The notes beneath the pieces are model-generated. The model had not been told where the DNA came from, ran no database searches, and saw only the letters and a program-made list of their open reading frames with translations. A stretch of DNA of 64,000 nt, taken from positions 92,070,001 to 92,134,000 of the forward strand of contig OX597821.1 of assembly GCA_951406725.2 (NCBI GenBank), written 5' to 3'. Below, piece after piece: positions 38,971-51,372 of the stretch. Position 1 is the stretch's first letter. Every line of letters starts with the position of its first letter. The stretch is from Octopus vulgaris. Lineage: Eukaryota. A program made the position numbers and the translations under genes.

Positions 38971-40323
38971 AACCCAGTTCATGTTGGACAGTGGAGAAAG
39001 GATTATAGTATAAACTTATACTCTAGATATACAACAGGTACAGGAATACCTGTGTGGTAGGAATGTTTGCTTCGTCACCACATTGTTGTGTCACTTTAAG
39101 TTGATGTATTCTACTATATCTTTGGGCCAATAAAAGCTCTGTGAGTGGATTTGGTAGACGGAAACTTGTATGTGTATAGATATTATATAAATGATTTTGT
39201 TATAAGGACTGATATGAATCTACTGAAACAGTTGCTTGGTTACTGTAAATTATAAATGTCATTTATGCTAATTTTATATATAAGCACCCGTGCAGGGGAC
39301 ACGTTAAAAGCACTCCTGCTGGTGACACGTAAAAGGCACCCACTACACTCTTGGAGTGGTTGGTGCTTATGAAGGCCATCCAGCCATAGAAACCAAGCCA
39401 AAATCAGACTGGAACCTGGGGCAGATCTCTGGCTTACCAGTTCCAGTCAAACCATCTAACCCATGCCAGCATGGAAAACATATGCTAAATGATGATGATG
39501 ATGATGATGTGTGTTTATGTGTGTGTGAGTGTGTGTGTGTGTGTGTGTCTTTGTGTTGTGTCAGTGTTTGTCCCTCATCAATGCTTGACAACCAGTTTTG
39601 CTGAGTTTATAGCCATGTAACTTAGCAGTTCAACAGAAGAGACCGATAGAATAAGCACAAGGTTTTTAAAAAATTTAGGTACTGAGTCAGGTGATCCAAC
39701 CGAAAGTTTTTTCATGGCAGTGTGGCAGTGCCCCAGCATGGCCGCAGTCAAATAGCTGAAACAGGTAAAGGAATGAAAGAATAATACAAATTGAATTTAG
39801 GATAAAAAGTGTGAAGCATGTTGTCTTGATAAATTGTGTCCAATTAAGAAAGTAATTTTTCATATTAGCACAAAGTAACCATAGAATTTGAATGGACCTT
39901 GGTTTTGTGACTGGTACTCATTTTCCTTTCACCTGAAGAGATGAATGTTAAAAAGTGCCCCTGAAAAGCTTTGAACTCAGAACATTAAGTTATAAAGTCT
40001 AGCACTTTACTATTTTTATCAACTAAATCCTATCATTGATTTTTAATATCAACAGAAAAACCGCAATTAAAACAATTCAGTAATTGTTGGTAATTATATT
40101 AACAAACGAAATGGATGGAAAACAACTATGAACTCGGAACAAAAAGGGATATAACTAAACACCACAAGGCATTTTATTAACCACTCTACTGATTCTACCA
40201 TCGAACTCCTTTTCTAAAAATAACATTAATAATAAGATTTCCTTTTTTCTCTTTTAATTCTACTTCATATCGTTTCACGTTCTTGTATCAGTAATACCAT
40301 TGTTCCATTCTTAATCTTGCTTC

Positions 40324-40439
40324 CTTTTGCTTTGAACCATTTTCCTTTCTTTGGTCATAAATGAATTTAAATCTCTGTGATAAATAAATACCAAATGAGG
40401 AACACTAAACATCACTTAATTCTAACTCTACAGCAAGTT
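40324..40439. repeat. Unclassified ~115-bp repeat, inverted copy at 46628-46743
   Basis: Direct reverse-complement match with few substitutions. Confidence 0.85.
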
Positions 40440-40613
40440 CTTTTATTTCTATTCTATTAATTGCTTTTTCTTTTCTACTGTATTCAGAGCTAACTGTGAT
40501 TCATTTAAGTGTTGCAGGTATTTGCATTATGATAGTGCTGTATACTAAGCTCAGTGTTAATGGTTCATATCCCATGGTTGCTGTGGTACTGAATCCCTGA
40601 TAATGTCACTTAA

Positions 40614-41090
40614 CCCTTTAGCATTCAAACCGCCCATATCCAGCCCAAATATTCTACTTGTTTTATACCCAAGTTGGCCAGATCAAACCTTTCATACCTA
40701 TCCCACAATGTGATTCTGAAAAAAAAACAATCACATTATTATTGAAATCTTGAAGCTATGAGATAATGTATGGTTGATTCAAAATAATGTGAATAAATAA
40801 GCATTACATATAACAAAGTGGAAGCGCATGACTTAGTGGTTAGGGTGTTGAACTCATGATCGTAAGGTTGTGGTTTCGATTCCTGGACCGGGTGATGCGT
40901 TGTGTTCTTGAGCAAAACACTTCATTTTCATGTTGCTCCAGTCCACTCAGCTGGCAAAAATGAGTAATCCTGCGACGGACCAGCGTCCCATCCAGGTGGG
41001 GAATTTCTATGCTACTGAAACCAGGAAACTGGCCCTTATGAGCCTGGCATGGCTTGAGAAGGAACATTTGACAAAATAATCTGAATGCTT
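40614..41090. mobile_element. piggyBac-type MITE interrupted by SINE-D (40818-41065, +)
   Basis: TTAA|CCCTTTAGCATTC start; homologous to 57977-58192. Confidence 0.75.
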
Positions 41091-41182
41091 AATTCTTAGT
41101 TCTTGCTAGTATTATTGACCTAGCTCTCACCAAGAATTATGTGAACTGGCTGTTTTTAATAGAAGCATTTGTCATTTAAATT

Positions 41183-41385
41183 GATTCCAAATTTTGGTGC
41201 AAGGCCAGGAATTTTGGTGGAGGAGTAAGTCAGTAGCATCAACCCCAGTGCTTGACTGGTACTTATTTTATCAACCCCAAAAGGATGAAAGGCAAAGTTG
41301 ACCCTGGCAGAATTTGAACTCAGAACATGAAAACAGATGAAATGTTGCTAAGTTCTTTTCACAGCATGCTAATGATTCTGCCACC
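41183..41385 (-). mobile_element. SINE-B
   Basis: Homology to other SINE-B copies. Confidence 0.85.
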
Positions 41386-41396
41386 TTTATATTTAA

Positions 41397-41910
41397 CTAG
41401 CAGTATCGCCCGGGGTTGCTCGGGTTTGTAAGGGAAATAACTATATAAGCATTTTTAGAGAGTTACTTCCCTTATAGATGCCAATTCAGGCTTTCTTAGC
41501 CATTTCTGTTTTGGTGTCTTCAAGCCATGAAGTCGTTGTTCTAAAAGAACGCTGGTCTTCTTGACAACGCATTACGACGTTGATTTCCTTACACTCCCTT
41601 CCCCATAGCTTCACGAGGGAGGGAAGAAGGGGGAGAAGCAACACAGGTGCAGATGTGAGCGTGGACGCCAACTCCGCCGCCATCGACACACGAAAATATA
41701 TGCATTAAAATGGAATAAAAAATGATGTTAAATTATTTTTAAAATCGTAGACTCATCGTAGACGCGCGCTAATACCCAGATGGGCTTGATATGAATCACG
41801 ACTATAAGATACCCGAATTTGGTTAAACTGCATCACAAAATGTGGGAGTAGTTAGGAATCTAAATCGAAGGGGACAGACACTCACCCAACTACAGTTTTA
41901 TATATATAGA
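41397..41910 (-). mobile_element. Non-autonomous Helitron
   Basis: Minus strand A|TCTATATATAT...CCCGAGCAACCCCGGG hairpin...CTAG|T, no TSD; relative at 52138-52533. Confidence 0.85.
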
Positions 41911-43150
41911 TTTAATATTTGATATTTAAATCGAAATTATAAATGACAAATGCTTTGTCAGCTTGCAATTTTGGAACTCAAATCACTCTAGCAGCTCCTA
42001 GGCCCTTCATATTAGGGGCCAAAATCTATCTGTGAATTGATAGCATAAAACTTATCTCCAATAATTCAGTCATATTGTAGTATATTTGCAATGAAGCTAA
42101 ATTCCTGTATTGATGATATTTAAGCCAATTGACTTTTGAGTCATTAAGTCATATCCTAAAATTGTGCCCAGAGGTTTTGGCTAAATATATTGCAATAACA
42201 ATCCTCTTTGAAAAATATAGCTCTGAATTTTCTGGGACTGCTCATTATTCATGGTCAGATTTATCTTTTATCAATATCAAATGGTGTGTTGTAGTTATTC
42301 TATGGTGCATGATAGTCACTCTAATATCTTAGAAAGAATGGATATCTATTGCTTTCTGCTTCGCTTTTTACAGTCTCTGCAATTTCCACAAAAGCCAGCA
42401 TGATACAAGTTAATCTCAGTTCACCAAAGTGGCAAGGTTTCAAACAACCAACCAAGAGATCAGCAGTTTCTATCCTGTCAGAACCATTGTTTTTGAGTCT
42501 CTCACCAAATTTTCAATAGTTCTAAGTACTCAGCTCCATGATCAGAGTCGTTCCACCCTTGACCATCTTTTCTTTTTTGCATGTCTAGGATTACACTGTG
42601 CATTAAGTACTAATTTTCTAAGATGTAGGATATGAGTTTAAAGGACATTTGGTCACTGTTTTTATCAGGATGGGAGATGACACATAGGCTTCCACATTGA
42701 CTCACCCTAGCTTTAAGTGGGTACTTTGAGCGAATTGACAGTAGTTTCATTAGCTTGTAAGCTGGTTTAAATCCTTTGACAGTTCGCTGCAAGGTTTCTG
42801 TTTAAATACTTTCTTATGCTGTAAAACTAGATTCAAAGGCTCTTAAAGAAAGGTTATATGCCATAAGAATTTTGTGCCTTATATGGGGATAATAAATTAT
42901 TCCAGAATTTTATCAAATCAACTGGGTATTTGCTTTCTTGTAACTCATCTTTTATTTAATTTGCAATTCTCTGGCATCCTGCTAAAGGAGATTTATTATT
43001 CACTCACTCAGCATTTCAGGAAAATGGAGATAAGAACTGGTCCTATAAAGCTTAGTGATTTGGAAGAGTATTAACTACAAGCATTCATCAATAACATTAT
43101 AACTATGTGTGTGTGTATGTGTATATATATATGTATATATATATATATAT

Positions 43151-43358
43151 AAATATAAGAGTGAATTTTTTAACCACTATGTGGAAACCCTTATGCTAGA
43201 AGAAGATCCGCTATGGTCTCAACCATAAAGAATTTTTCTCCAAAAATTTAGCACACCCGAATTTTCTGGAGAGCAATTCTTAGTGGTTGAGACCATAGCG
43301 GATCTTCTTCTAGCATAAGGGTTTCCACATTGTTGTTAAAAAATTCCCTCTTATATTT
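43151..43358. repeat. ~95-bp-arm inverted repeat next to (TA)n
   Basis: TGTGGAAACCCTTATGCTAGAAGAAGATCCGCTATGGTCTCAACCA is perfectly mirrored at about 43284-43329. Confidence 0.9.
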
Positions 43359-43473
43359 ATGTATGAAATACTACTTACTGAATCTCAGTTTTTTTTATAT
43401 GCTACACCACTGGTGTTAAAATTGATGTTATCAAATTAATATCCAATTTTTCACCCTCATTTTGATTTTCATT

Positions 43474-43513
<40 letters not shown>

Positions 43514-43604
43514 ATGCGTGCGTTCCGTCATATAATAACAAATTAATAAATAAAACATATGCATATATACATACATATATGTACATACCTACATCTATAT
43601 GTAT

Positions 43605-44044
43605 AGGCGTGGCTGTGTGGTAAGAAGCTCGCTTCCCATCCACATGGTTCAAGGTTCAGTCCCACTATGTGGCACCTTGGGCAAGTATCTTCTACTACAG
43701 CCTCGGGCCAATCAAAGCCTTGTGAGTTGATTTGATTGATGGAAACTGAAAGAAGCCCATCGTGTATTTATAAATGTATGTATGTATGTATGTATGTATG
43801 TATGTATGTATGTATGTATTTATGTGTGCGTGTCTGTGTTTGTCCCCCTGCCATTGCCTGACAACCAATGTTGATGGGTTTATGTTCTAGTAACTCAACA
43901 GTTTCACAAAAGCAACTGATAGAATAAGTATTAGACTTACAAAGAATAAGTCCTGGGGTTGATGTTTTCAACTAAAATCCTTAATGCAGTGCTCCAGCAT
44001 GGCCACAATCAAATGACTGAAAAAAAAGTTAAACAATAAAAGAA
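43605..44044 (+). mobile_element. SINE-A
   Basis: Homology to other SINE-A copies. Confidence 0.88.
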
Positions 44045-44046
44045 TA

Positions 44047-44411
44047 TGTAAAAGCACCATCCGTTCGTGGCCGTTTGCCAGCTCTGTCTGGCCCCATGTC
44101 GGTGGCACGTAAAAGCACCATCCGGTCATGTTCATTGCCAGCCTCGGCTGGCCCCGTGCCGGTGACACGTAAAAGCACCATCTATTCGTGGCCGTTGTGC
44201 TAGCTCTGTCTGGCACCTGTGCAGGTGGCACGTGAAAAACACCCACTACACTCGCGGAGTGGTTGGCGTTAGGAAGGGCATCCAGCCGTAGAAACACTGC
44301 CAAATCTGACTGGGCCCGATGAAGCCTTCCGGCTTCACAGACCCCAGTTAAACCGTCCAACCCATGCTAGCATGGAAAACGGACGCTAAATGATGATGAT
44401 GATGATGATGA
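44047..44411 (+). mobile_element. Element C with four repeat units
   Basis: GGTGGCACGTAAAAGCACC-type motif at about 60-bp period; (GAT)n tail. Confidence 0.88.
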
Positions 44412-44630
44412 TATATATATATACACACATATAGACACACACAAACACACATATACATATACTTACATGGAGGTGCAAGCATGTCCATGTAGTCAAGACG
44501 TTTGCTTTAAACCACAAGATTTGGGGTTCAATCCCATTGCACATCACCCTTGGGCAAGTATCTTCTATAATAATCCCAAGTCATATATATACATATGTGT
44601 ACATGTGCATGCATATGTGTGTGTATACAT

Positions 44631-44669
<39 letters not shown>

Positions 44670-44802
44670 ATATAAATGTACAGATAAAGTATATACATAT
44701 CATTAATGTTTGTTTTTATGTAGAGTTGTAATAAAAACAACTTTGCATTAAACTGAAGTACTGAAGAATTACTTGATACTTTTTGTATGGTACATATTTA
44801 TT

Positions 44803-45088
44803 ATTCTTAAACAAGAATAATGTTCACAGTGACTTCAAAGTTTTAACCTGTTTTGCCTTCATCAGACAGTCTGATAAAGGCTAACAAGGGTGAAACTACA
44901 AAGTTACTGCCATTCCTTAAATCCTTAAATCCTTAAAAATGTTTCAGCCCGAAGGCTGCGGCCATGCTGGGGCACCACCGCTGAAAATTACAGGGAGGCT
45001 GCCGTGACCAGGATTCGAACCTGGGTTACCACGGCCACAATGTGGGGTCCTAACCACTAGACGATCACGGCATTCCTGTTTAAAGAAT
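44803..45088. repeat. Penelope-like palindrome with decayed hammerhead motifs, interrupted by the tRNA-His chimera
   Basis: ATTCTTAAACAAGAAT...CATCAGAC-A-GTCTGAT...ATTCCTGTTTAAAGAAT; HHR-like at 44867-44909 (+). Confidence 0.55.
45000..45071 (-). tRNA. tRNA-His(GTG), probably a retroposed copy
   Basis: GCCGTGATCGTCTAGTGGTTAGGACCCCACATTGTGGCCGTGGTAACCCAGGTTCGAATCCTGGTCACGGCA: full cloverleaf, one A-C mismatch in the anticodon stem; followed by a trailer, TTTT and a SINE-A-type tail. Confidence 0.9.
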
Positions 45089-45098
45089 GATATATTTA

Positions 45099-45134
<36 letters not shown>

Positions 45135-45149
45135 CTGTCTATCTATCTA

Positions 45150-45189
<40 letters not shown>

Positions 45190-45629
45190 TATATATATAT
45201 AGCTAGCTAGCAGTTTGTCAGTCTATCTATCTATCTATCTACCTGAGTGCATGTGTATGTGTGTATTTATGTGCTATAAAATTGGAGATTATAAAAGTCA
45301 TATCAGTTTATGTATTGAAAAGAAGGTCAAAGATAGATCTGACACTACACTAAGTAACAAAGCAGTCTCTGAAAATCTTGGAAAATATTCCTCAGAATGG
45401 TGAAGGGAATTCAAATAGTAGTCTATTTTAGCCAAGCACTCTGGACAAAATAGTCTGTAAGATATGACTTAATAATTGTCTGTTGGTTTACAGCTCATCT
45501 GTTCAGTAATTTCACTTCATTGTAAGGATACTACAGTAGAATTGAATTATTGGAGACAGGTTTTATACAAACGATTTGCTGTTAGATTTTGTCCTTTCAT
45601 AGAAAGAACTAAGGTGCCACTAAACTGAG

Positions 45630-46150
45630 ATCATCATCATCATCATCATCATCATCGTTTAACGCCCGCTTTCCATGCTAGCATGGGTTGGACGATTTCG
45701 ACTGAGGGCTGGCAAGCCAGAAAGCTGCACCGGGCTCCAATCTTGATCTGGCAGAGTTTCTACAGCTGGATGCCCTTCCTAACGCCAACCACTCCGATAG
45801 TGTAGTGGGTGCTTTTTACGTGCCAACGGCACGGGGGCCAGTCAGGCGGTATTGGCAATGACCTAGCTTGAATCTTTTTACACATGCCACTGGCACAGGT
45901 GCCAGTGAAGCGACATTGGTAACGATCACGCTTGAATGGTGCCCTTTTACATGCCACGGGTATGGAAGCCAGTTGGCTGCTCTGGCAATGATCTCACTTG
46001 GATGGTGCTCTTAGCACCCTACTAGCACAGGCATAAGTGCCAGTAAGGCGACACTGGCAACGATCATACTCGAATAGCCGCTCTGTCAACGATCACACTC
46101 GTATGGTGCTCTTTGCACCCCGCTAGCACAGATGCCAGTCAACGAATTGA
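45630..46150 (-). mobile_element. Element C, long copy with about five repeat units
   Basis: Homology to other copies; (CAT)n at the left end. Confidence 0.85.
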
Positions 46151-47093
46151 TTGCAAACTAGCTAAAAAATTGTCTTTTAGTCAACATCTCTATTACTTCT
46201 AGTAAAACTTGAGTATTTGCACAGCTGTAGCTGAGATCTAGGTGGGTAATATTAGCAAGAATTAGATAATATTGTCAGAATCACAGTACAACAACAGTTA
46301 AAGTATATCAGCCTTTGACCCAGGGTCATCTTAGTAGCATTATTGGCACCCAGGCAAATCAGTGCTATGGGCCCTATATTATTTATTTATTGACAGCAAA
46401 CCATAGAATGCATAGATCAGAACTGGGTCCATAGATTCTGAGGCTCCTGAGCAGCTGCCTAGTCTACTTTTGCCTTAGGATAGCACTGCATTGACCCTGT
46501 ACCTAGCAAGATAGCTCCATCAGAATAGCAGCTGTGATGCTTAGATAAATCATAAGTCCTGAACAAAATAGAAAGAAAAAAGAAACAAAAAGAAAAAAGA
46601 AAAAACATGAATAATAACAGTTTTTAAAACTTGCTGTAAAGTTAGAATTAAGTGAAGTTTAGTGTTCCTCATTTGGTATTTATTTATCACAGAGATTTGA
46701 ATTCATTTATGACCAAAGAAGAGAAAATGGTTCAAAGTAAAAGAAAGGAAGGAAGGAAGATAAAGCATGGAAGGGAAAGCATCTCTAATACAAGAGCATG
46801 AAATCATGTGAAGTTAAATTTTGAAAAAGAAGGGAAATAAGTGGAAAGCCTTGTTAGAGGAAGCAAAGACCAAAATAAAACTTCAGTTAAAAGGGAAGAG
46901 AGACTAAAGAGAGTGAAGTTCAGTGAATGCGTGTGTATGTGTGTGTGTGTGTGTGTTTGTGTGTGTATGCATGGTGTAGTATGAGGTGAATATCTAAAAG
47001 TGTAGATACAGTGTAAGACCTGTAACAGATTAAAAGGCTTGCATTCACAGTGTTTTACTAAGATATATATGCATGTATGCATATTTGTATGCA

Positions 47094-47376
<283 letters not shown>

Positions 47377-47768
47377 TATTTGTATATGTGTGTGTATGTA
47401 TATGTATATATACTCATATATACACATATACATATTTACACACAGTCACACACACACATATATCTTCACATATGTATATGAATATGCAGTTAGATAGATA
47501 TGCATAACATTTCTACATGGTAACTGAAGAAATAGGATTAGGATTATAATCATCAGGTTGAATAGTCAACTGTTGCCCTGTCATTCATCCTTTTTATATA
47601 CATATGCAACTACTTAACTCTTCATGGCCAAGTCTTTCAGCCAGCAAACAGGTTATTCAGGACACTGAATAGTGCTTATGTTAATTACCAATACTGAACT
47701 TCCATAGATATTGGTGAAAGAAATAGAGGCACAGCTGGAAATAAATTTATCAGTGGTGCACAAACATA

Positions 47769-47982
47769 TTGGGTTACTCTTTTACTTGTTTCAGTCATTT
47801 GACTGTGGCCATGCTGGAGCACCACCTTTAGTCAAGCAAATCGACCCTAGGACTTATTCTTTGTAAGCCTAGTACTTATTCTATTGGTCTCTTTTGCCAA
47901 ACTGCTAAGTTACGGGCACGTAAACACACCACCATCGGTTATCAAGCGATGTTGAAGGACAAACACAGATACACAAGCATAT

Positions 47983-48018
<36 letters not shown>

Positions 48019-48438
48019 GTATACATATATATGAAGGGCTTCTTTCAGTTTCCGTCTACCAAATCTACTCACAAGGCTTTGGTTGGCCTGAGGCTATAGT
48101 AGAAGACACTTGCCCAAGGTGCCATGCAGTCGGACTGAACCCGGAACCATGTGGTTGGTAAGCAAGCTACTTACCACACAGCCACTCCTATGCCTGGTAC
48201 ATAATTATTGCGGCATTTTTTCAGCAAATTTTATTCAGCAAAAACAATAACAACATGTAACAAAAACATCTTTAAATGATTATTCTGGAGCATATTCACC
48301 ATCTACTTCCATTACTGCTTCCCATTTGCTTGGCAGATGGTCAAATCGTCATTTAACGATGTTTTTGTTAAATAACGTTATTGCCTTTGTTGAATAAAAT
48401 TTGTTGAAAAAAGCCGCGATAATTATGCACCAACCCAA
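47769..48438 (-). mobile_element. Mariner MITE with SINE-A (47776-48195, -) inserted in one TIR
   Basis: TA|TTGGGTT[SINE]GGTACATAATTATTGCGGC...GCCGCGATAATTATGCACCAACCCAA|TA; minus strand keeps DHLPSKWEAVMEVDGEYAPE*. Confidence 0.85.
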
Positions 48439-48914
48439 TATATATAGGGTTTATAGATGAGAGACTGATGTTCTCCATATAGAATAGGCATCATAGTGCT
48501 CAAGAGATTTAAACTAAACAGGTAGAGGAGTAAATGTAAGCATAAGCAAGTCAATATACAAAAAATATTAAATACATTTAATACAAAATATATACATATG
48601 TCTACATAAAAAAAAAGCCGACTTATATTGAATAGAAATGATATGAGGAATTAAATGGGTTGAATAAGAGTTTTACAAGTCCAACAGCTGTATCTGGGAG
48701 GTTAGTGCTCCAAAATAATGATTGTAAATTGATTCCATCATTGGATAATAATAGCCACCGCCTTCAGGGGGGAATTTTACATTTGAAAAGTTTGCAGAAA
48801 GGAGATCAAAGATGGAATGATTTTGTGGAGAACTTAAGTGTACAATTTTTGTATAAAAAGTATTTGAAATTTTTTGTAAATTTGCTTTGCTTAATTTGCT
48901 TAACCTTACATTTA

Positions 48915-48944
<30 letters not shown>

Positions 48945-48945
<1 letters not shown>

Positions 48946-49140
48946 TTCGTTTTGGGATTTGGTTTGCAAGATTTTTTATATGAGTTCGTGTGTTGAAGCA
49001 TATTCTGTTGTGTCTGGGGAGAATCATTTTCTTTTTGTGCTTTATAATTTAACATGCTCACTGGTAAAAATTCCACTTATTTCCTATTTTTATTTTCCTA
49101 AAATTTTTGTTGCATCATGCAACCTTTTCAATAGTCTTGA
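48945..49140 (-). repeat. Second copy of the 3264-3470 repeat (hammerhead-like 49098-49134)
   Basis: Reverse-complement match. Confidence 0.75.
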
Positions 49141-49175
49141 CTCTCTCTCTCTCTCTCCATATATATATATATATC

Positions 49176-49206
<31 letters not shown>

Positions 49207-49830
49207 ATATATATAATATCATCATCATTATCATCCTATAATGTCTGCTTTCCATGCTAGCATGGGTTGGACTTTGTAATAATTTTGTGGACTAAACTTT
49301 TCATGTCTCACCAAGCAGATAACAACACCTTACATGGGTGAAGACATTTTTTAGCCTGGGGTGACAGTGTTTCTCCTTTTTCTACCCACTGTCTTTGGTG
49401 CTTGTCATTTTTATAGAAAACCTATTTCTCCTTACCAGTCACTATTCGGTCCAAATAATACAATAACAAAAACGATCTACGGCAAGCAGCTCAAGCGAAT
49501 TAAGTCAATGCTAGAAGAAAGACAACCATCAAAATGAAAGGTGTTCTTCCATCAGGATAATGCTTGGCCATATACAGCAAGGATGATATTTTAAAGGCTG
49601 GAGCAGATTGAATGGGAAACTATGCCCCACCCACCATATTTGCTCCATCTGATTATCATTTATTCCACATTTTTCAAAATCATTCAGATGGAAAAAATAT
49701 GAATTCTGTAGACGAGGTCAGGTCAGTACTGGAGGATTATTTTTCATCATGGACAAGTGAATTTTGGAAGAGAGGCCTTGCAAGTCTATCAGATAGATGG
49801 AAGAGCTTTGTAGAAAATGAAGGAGAGAAT

Positions 49831-50106
49831 TACGGAGATGTACTTGCATAGCAAGTGATTTGATCTGAGATCATGTGCTGAAACGAAAACAATTGCAGCG
49901 TGGAAGGTGTTTGTAAGCCATTTAAGAAACACACAAAAGCCGTTCGATTCATTTCAACATTTAAGTTTAATTTGTCAAAATATTTTCGTCGCTATAAGAC
50001 CGCGACCTGTTCACTAACAAAAATCCGTGCTGCATCTCAGCACGGATTTTTGTCAGTGAACAGGTCGCGGTCTTAAAGCGACGAAAATATTTTGACAAAT
50101 TAGACT
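49831..50106. mobile_element. Penelope-like insertion with 13-bp TSD and terminal palindrome carrying two G3-C8 hammerhead motifs
   Basis: TGAAGGAGAGAAT at 49818-49830 and 50107-50119; palindrome 49963-50107. Confidence 0.8.
50049..50099 (+). ncRNA. Minimal hammerhead ribozyme, G3-C8 core variant (mirror copy 49971-50021, -)
   Basis: UUUGUCA-GUGAACA-G-GUCGC-loop-GCGAC-GAA-AAUAUU-U-UGACAAA. Confidence 0.7.
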
Positions 50107-50208
50107 TGAAGGAGAGAATATTTTAGATTAGAAAAGAACTCTGTTTCTTTTAATTTTGAAAAATAAAAGAAGTATTAAAAAAACTGCATTATTTATGGGA
50201 TGACCCAA

Positions 50209-50535
50209 TCGGAATCGAAATTGAACCAATCCTATGACTGGCACCCGGCAGATGCCAGGACCCCTGGACTGGAGATACGTAAAAAGCACTATTCGAATCG
50301 TGGCCGATGCCAGCGCCGCCTCGACTGGCTTCCGTGTCAGTGGCACATAAAAAGCACCCACTACACTCACGGAGTGGTTGGCGTTAGGAAGGGCATCCAG
50401 CTGTAGAAACATTGCCAGATAAGACCGGAGCCTGGTGCAGCCTCCTGGCTTCCCAGATCCCCGGTCGAACCGTCCAACCGATGCTAGCATGGAGAACGGA
50501 CGTTAAATGATGATGATCATGATGATGATGATGAT
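50209..50535 (+). mobile_element. Element C
   Basis: Homology to other copies; abuts the mariner TIR. Confidence 0.88.
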
Positions 50536-51155
50536 GCTAAGATATCATTATCCTCATTCCCTTAAAATGTATGTTCAGCATCTCTAATACATGAGTCCAT
50601 AACCAATCTTACAGATTATTCTGAAAATTGATCTAATCTGCATATCACACTAAGTATTCAGTAATCAGTGTCACAGATTTAATTATGATTACTTTAATAA
50701 TGACTTCATCAGCTGTCATTACGTAGTCTCATTATCTGTGACATTTACTCTGTTTCAGTTAACTTAAGTTGAAATAAAATGGACTCTCACAACTTCACCT
50801 GGAAATGTATACCTCAGTGTGACATTGAGCACTCTTAAAGAAAATTAGCTTTCTTATCTCTGTTGTATTCATTTGAATATGCATGATCTATATATCTGAC
50901 TTATGCAAACATGGTATATTGCAGTGTTCCTCAAACATTTTTTTATTATTTATGAAGCCTTGATTTCTATTTTACTCAGATGGACTCTCCTAACCATTTG
51001 GTTTTTCAAAACATTATATGTTTGCAATTAAATATTATCAGGAACTGTATAAAAAACATTGTTACGATATTTTGTGTTTTGTAAGCATATAACCAATTTA
51101 TTGCAGATAAATTCTGATAAAATCTTACATGGACCCCAGTTGAGAACTACTGATA

Positions 51156-51372
51156 TCTATCTATCTATCTATCCGCTCAGTCGAAGTCGACTCTTGGTTA
51201 CTCCATGGATCGGTGTCCTCCAGTCAGTTTTTTCCTCGGCCGCTTCTTTCAGATTGGTTATGTCCATTCCGGTATCACTCTTGATGGTGTCAAGCCAGCG
51301 GTTTCTTGGTCGGCCTCTTCCTCTCTTGCCACTGACCATTCCGAGCATGATGTCCTTCTCCAGGGATTTTCT
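51156..51372 (-). mobile_element. RTE/BovB-like LINE 3' fragment with (GATA)n tail and 9-bp TSD
   Basis: RKSLEKDIMLGMVSGKRGRGRPRNRWLDTIKSDTGMDITNLKEAAEEKTDWRTPIHGVTKSRLRLSG*; CTACTGATA at 51147-51155 and 51373-51381. Confidence 0.9.

Larger units (their letters stand above)
49452..50208 (+). mobile_element. Mariner 3' fragment (same family as 12476)
   Basis: FAPSDYHLF...EFWKRGLASLSDRWKSFVENEGE; right TIR CATTATTTATGGGATGACCCAA. Confidence 0.9.

Noticed and set aside
41950-43075. Microsatellite-free stretch that might be a decayed coding sequence
   Set aside because: No protein motif or splice pattern I can support
44047-44250. CRISPR-like repeat-spacer appearance in element C
   Set aside because: The spacers are homologous to one another, the context is eukaryotic and no cas genes are present
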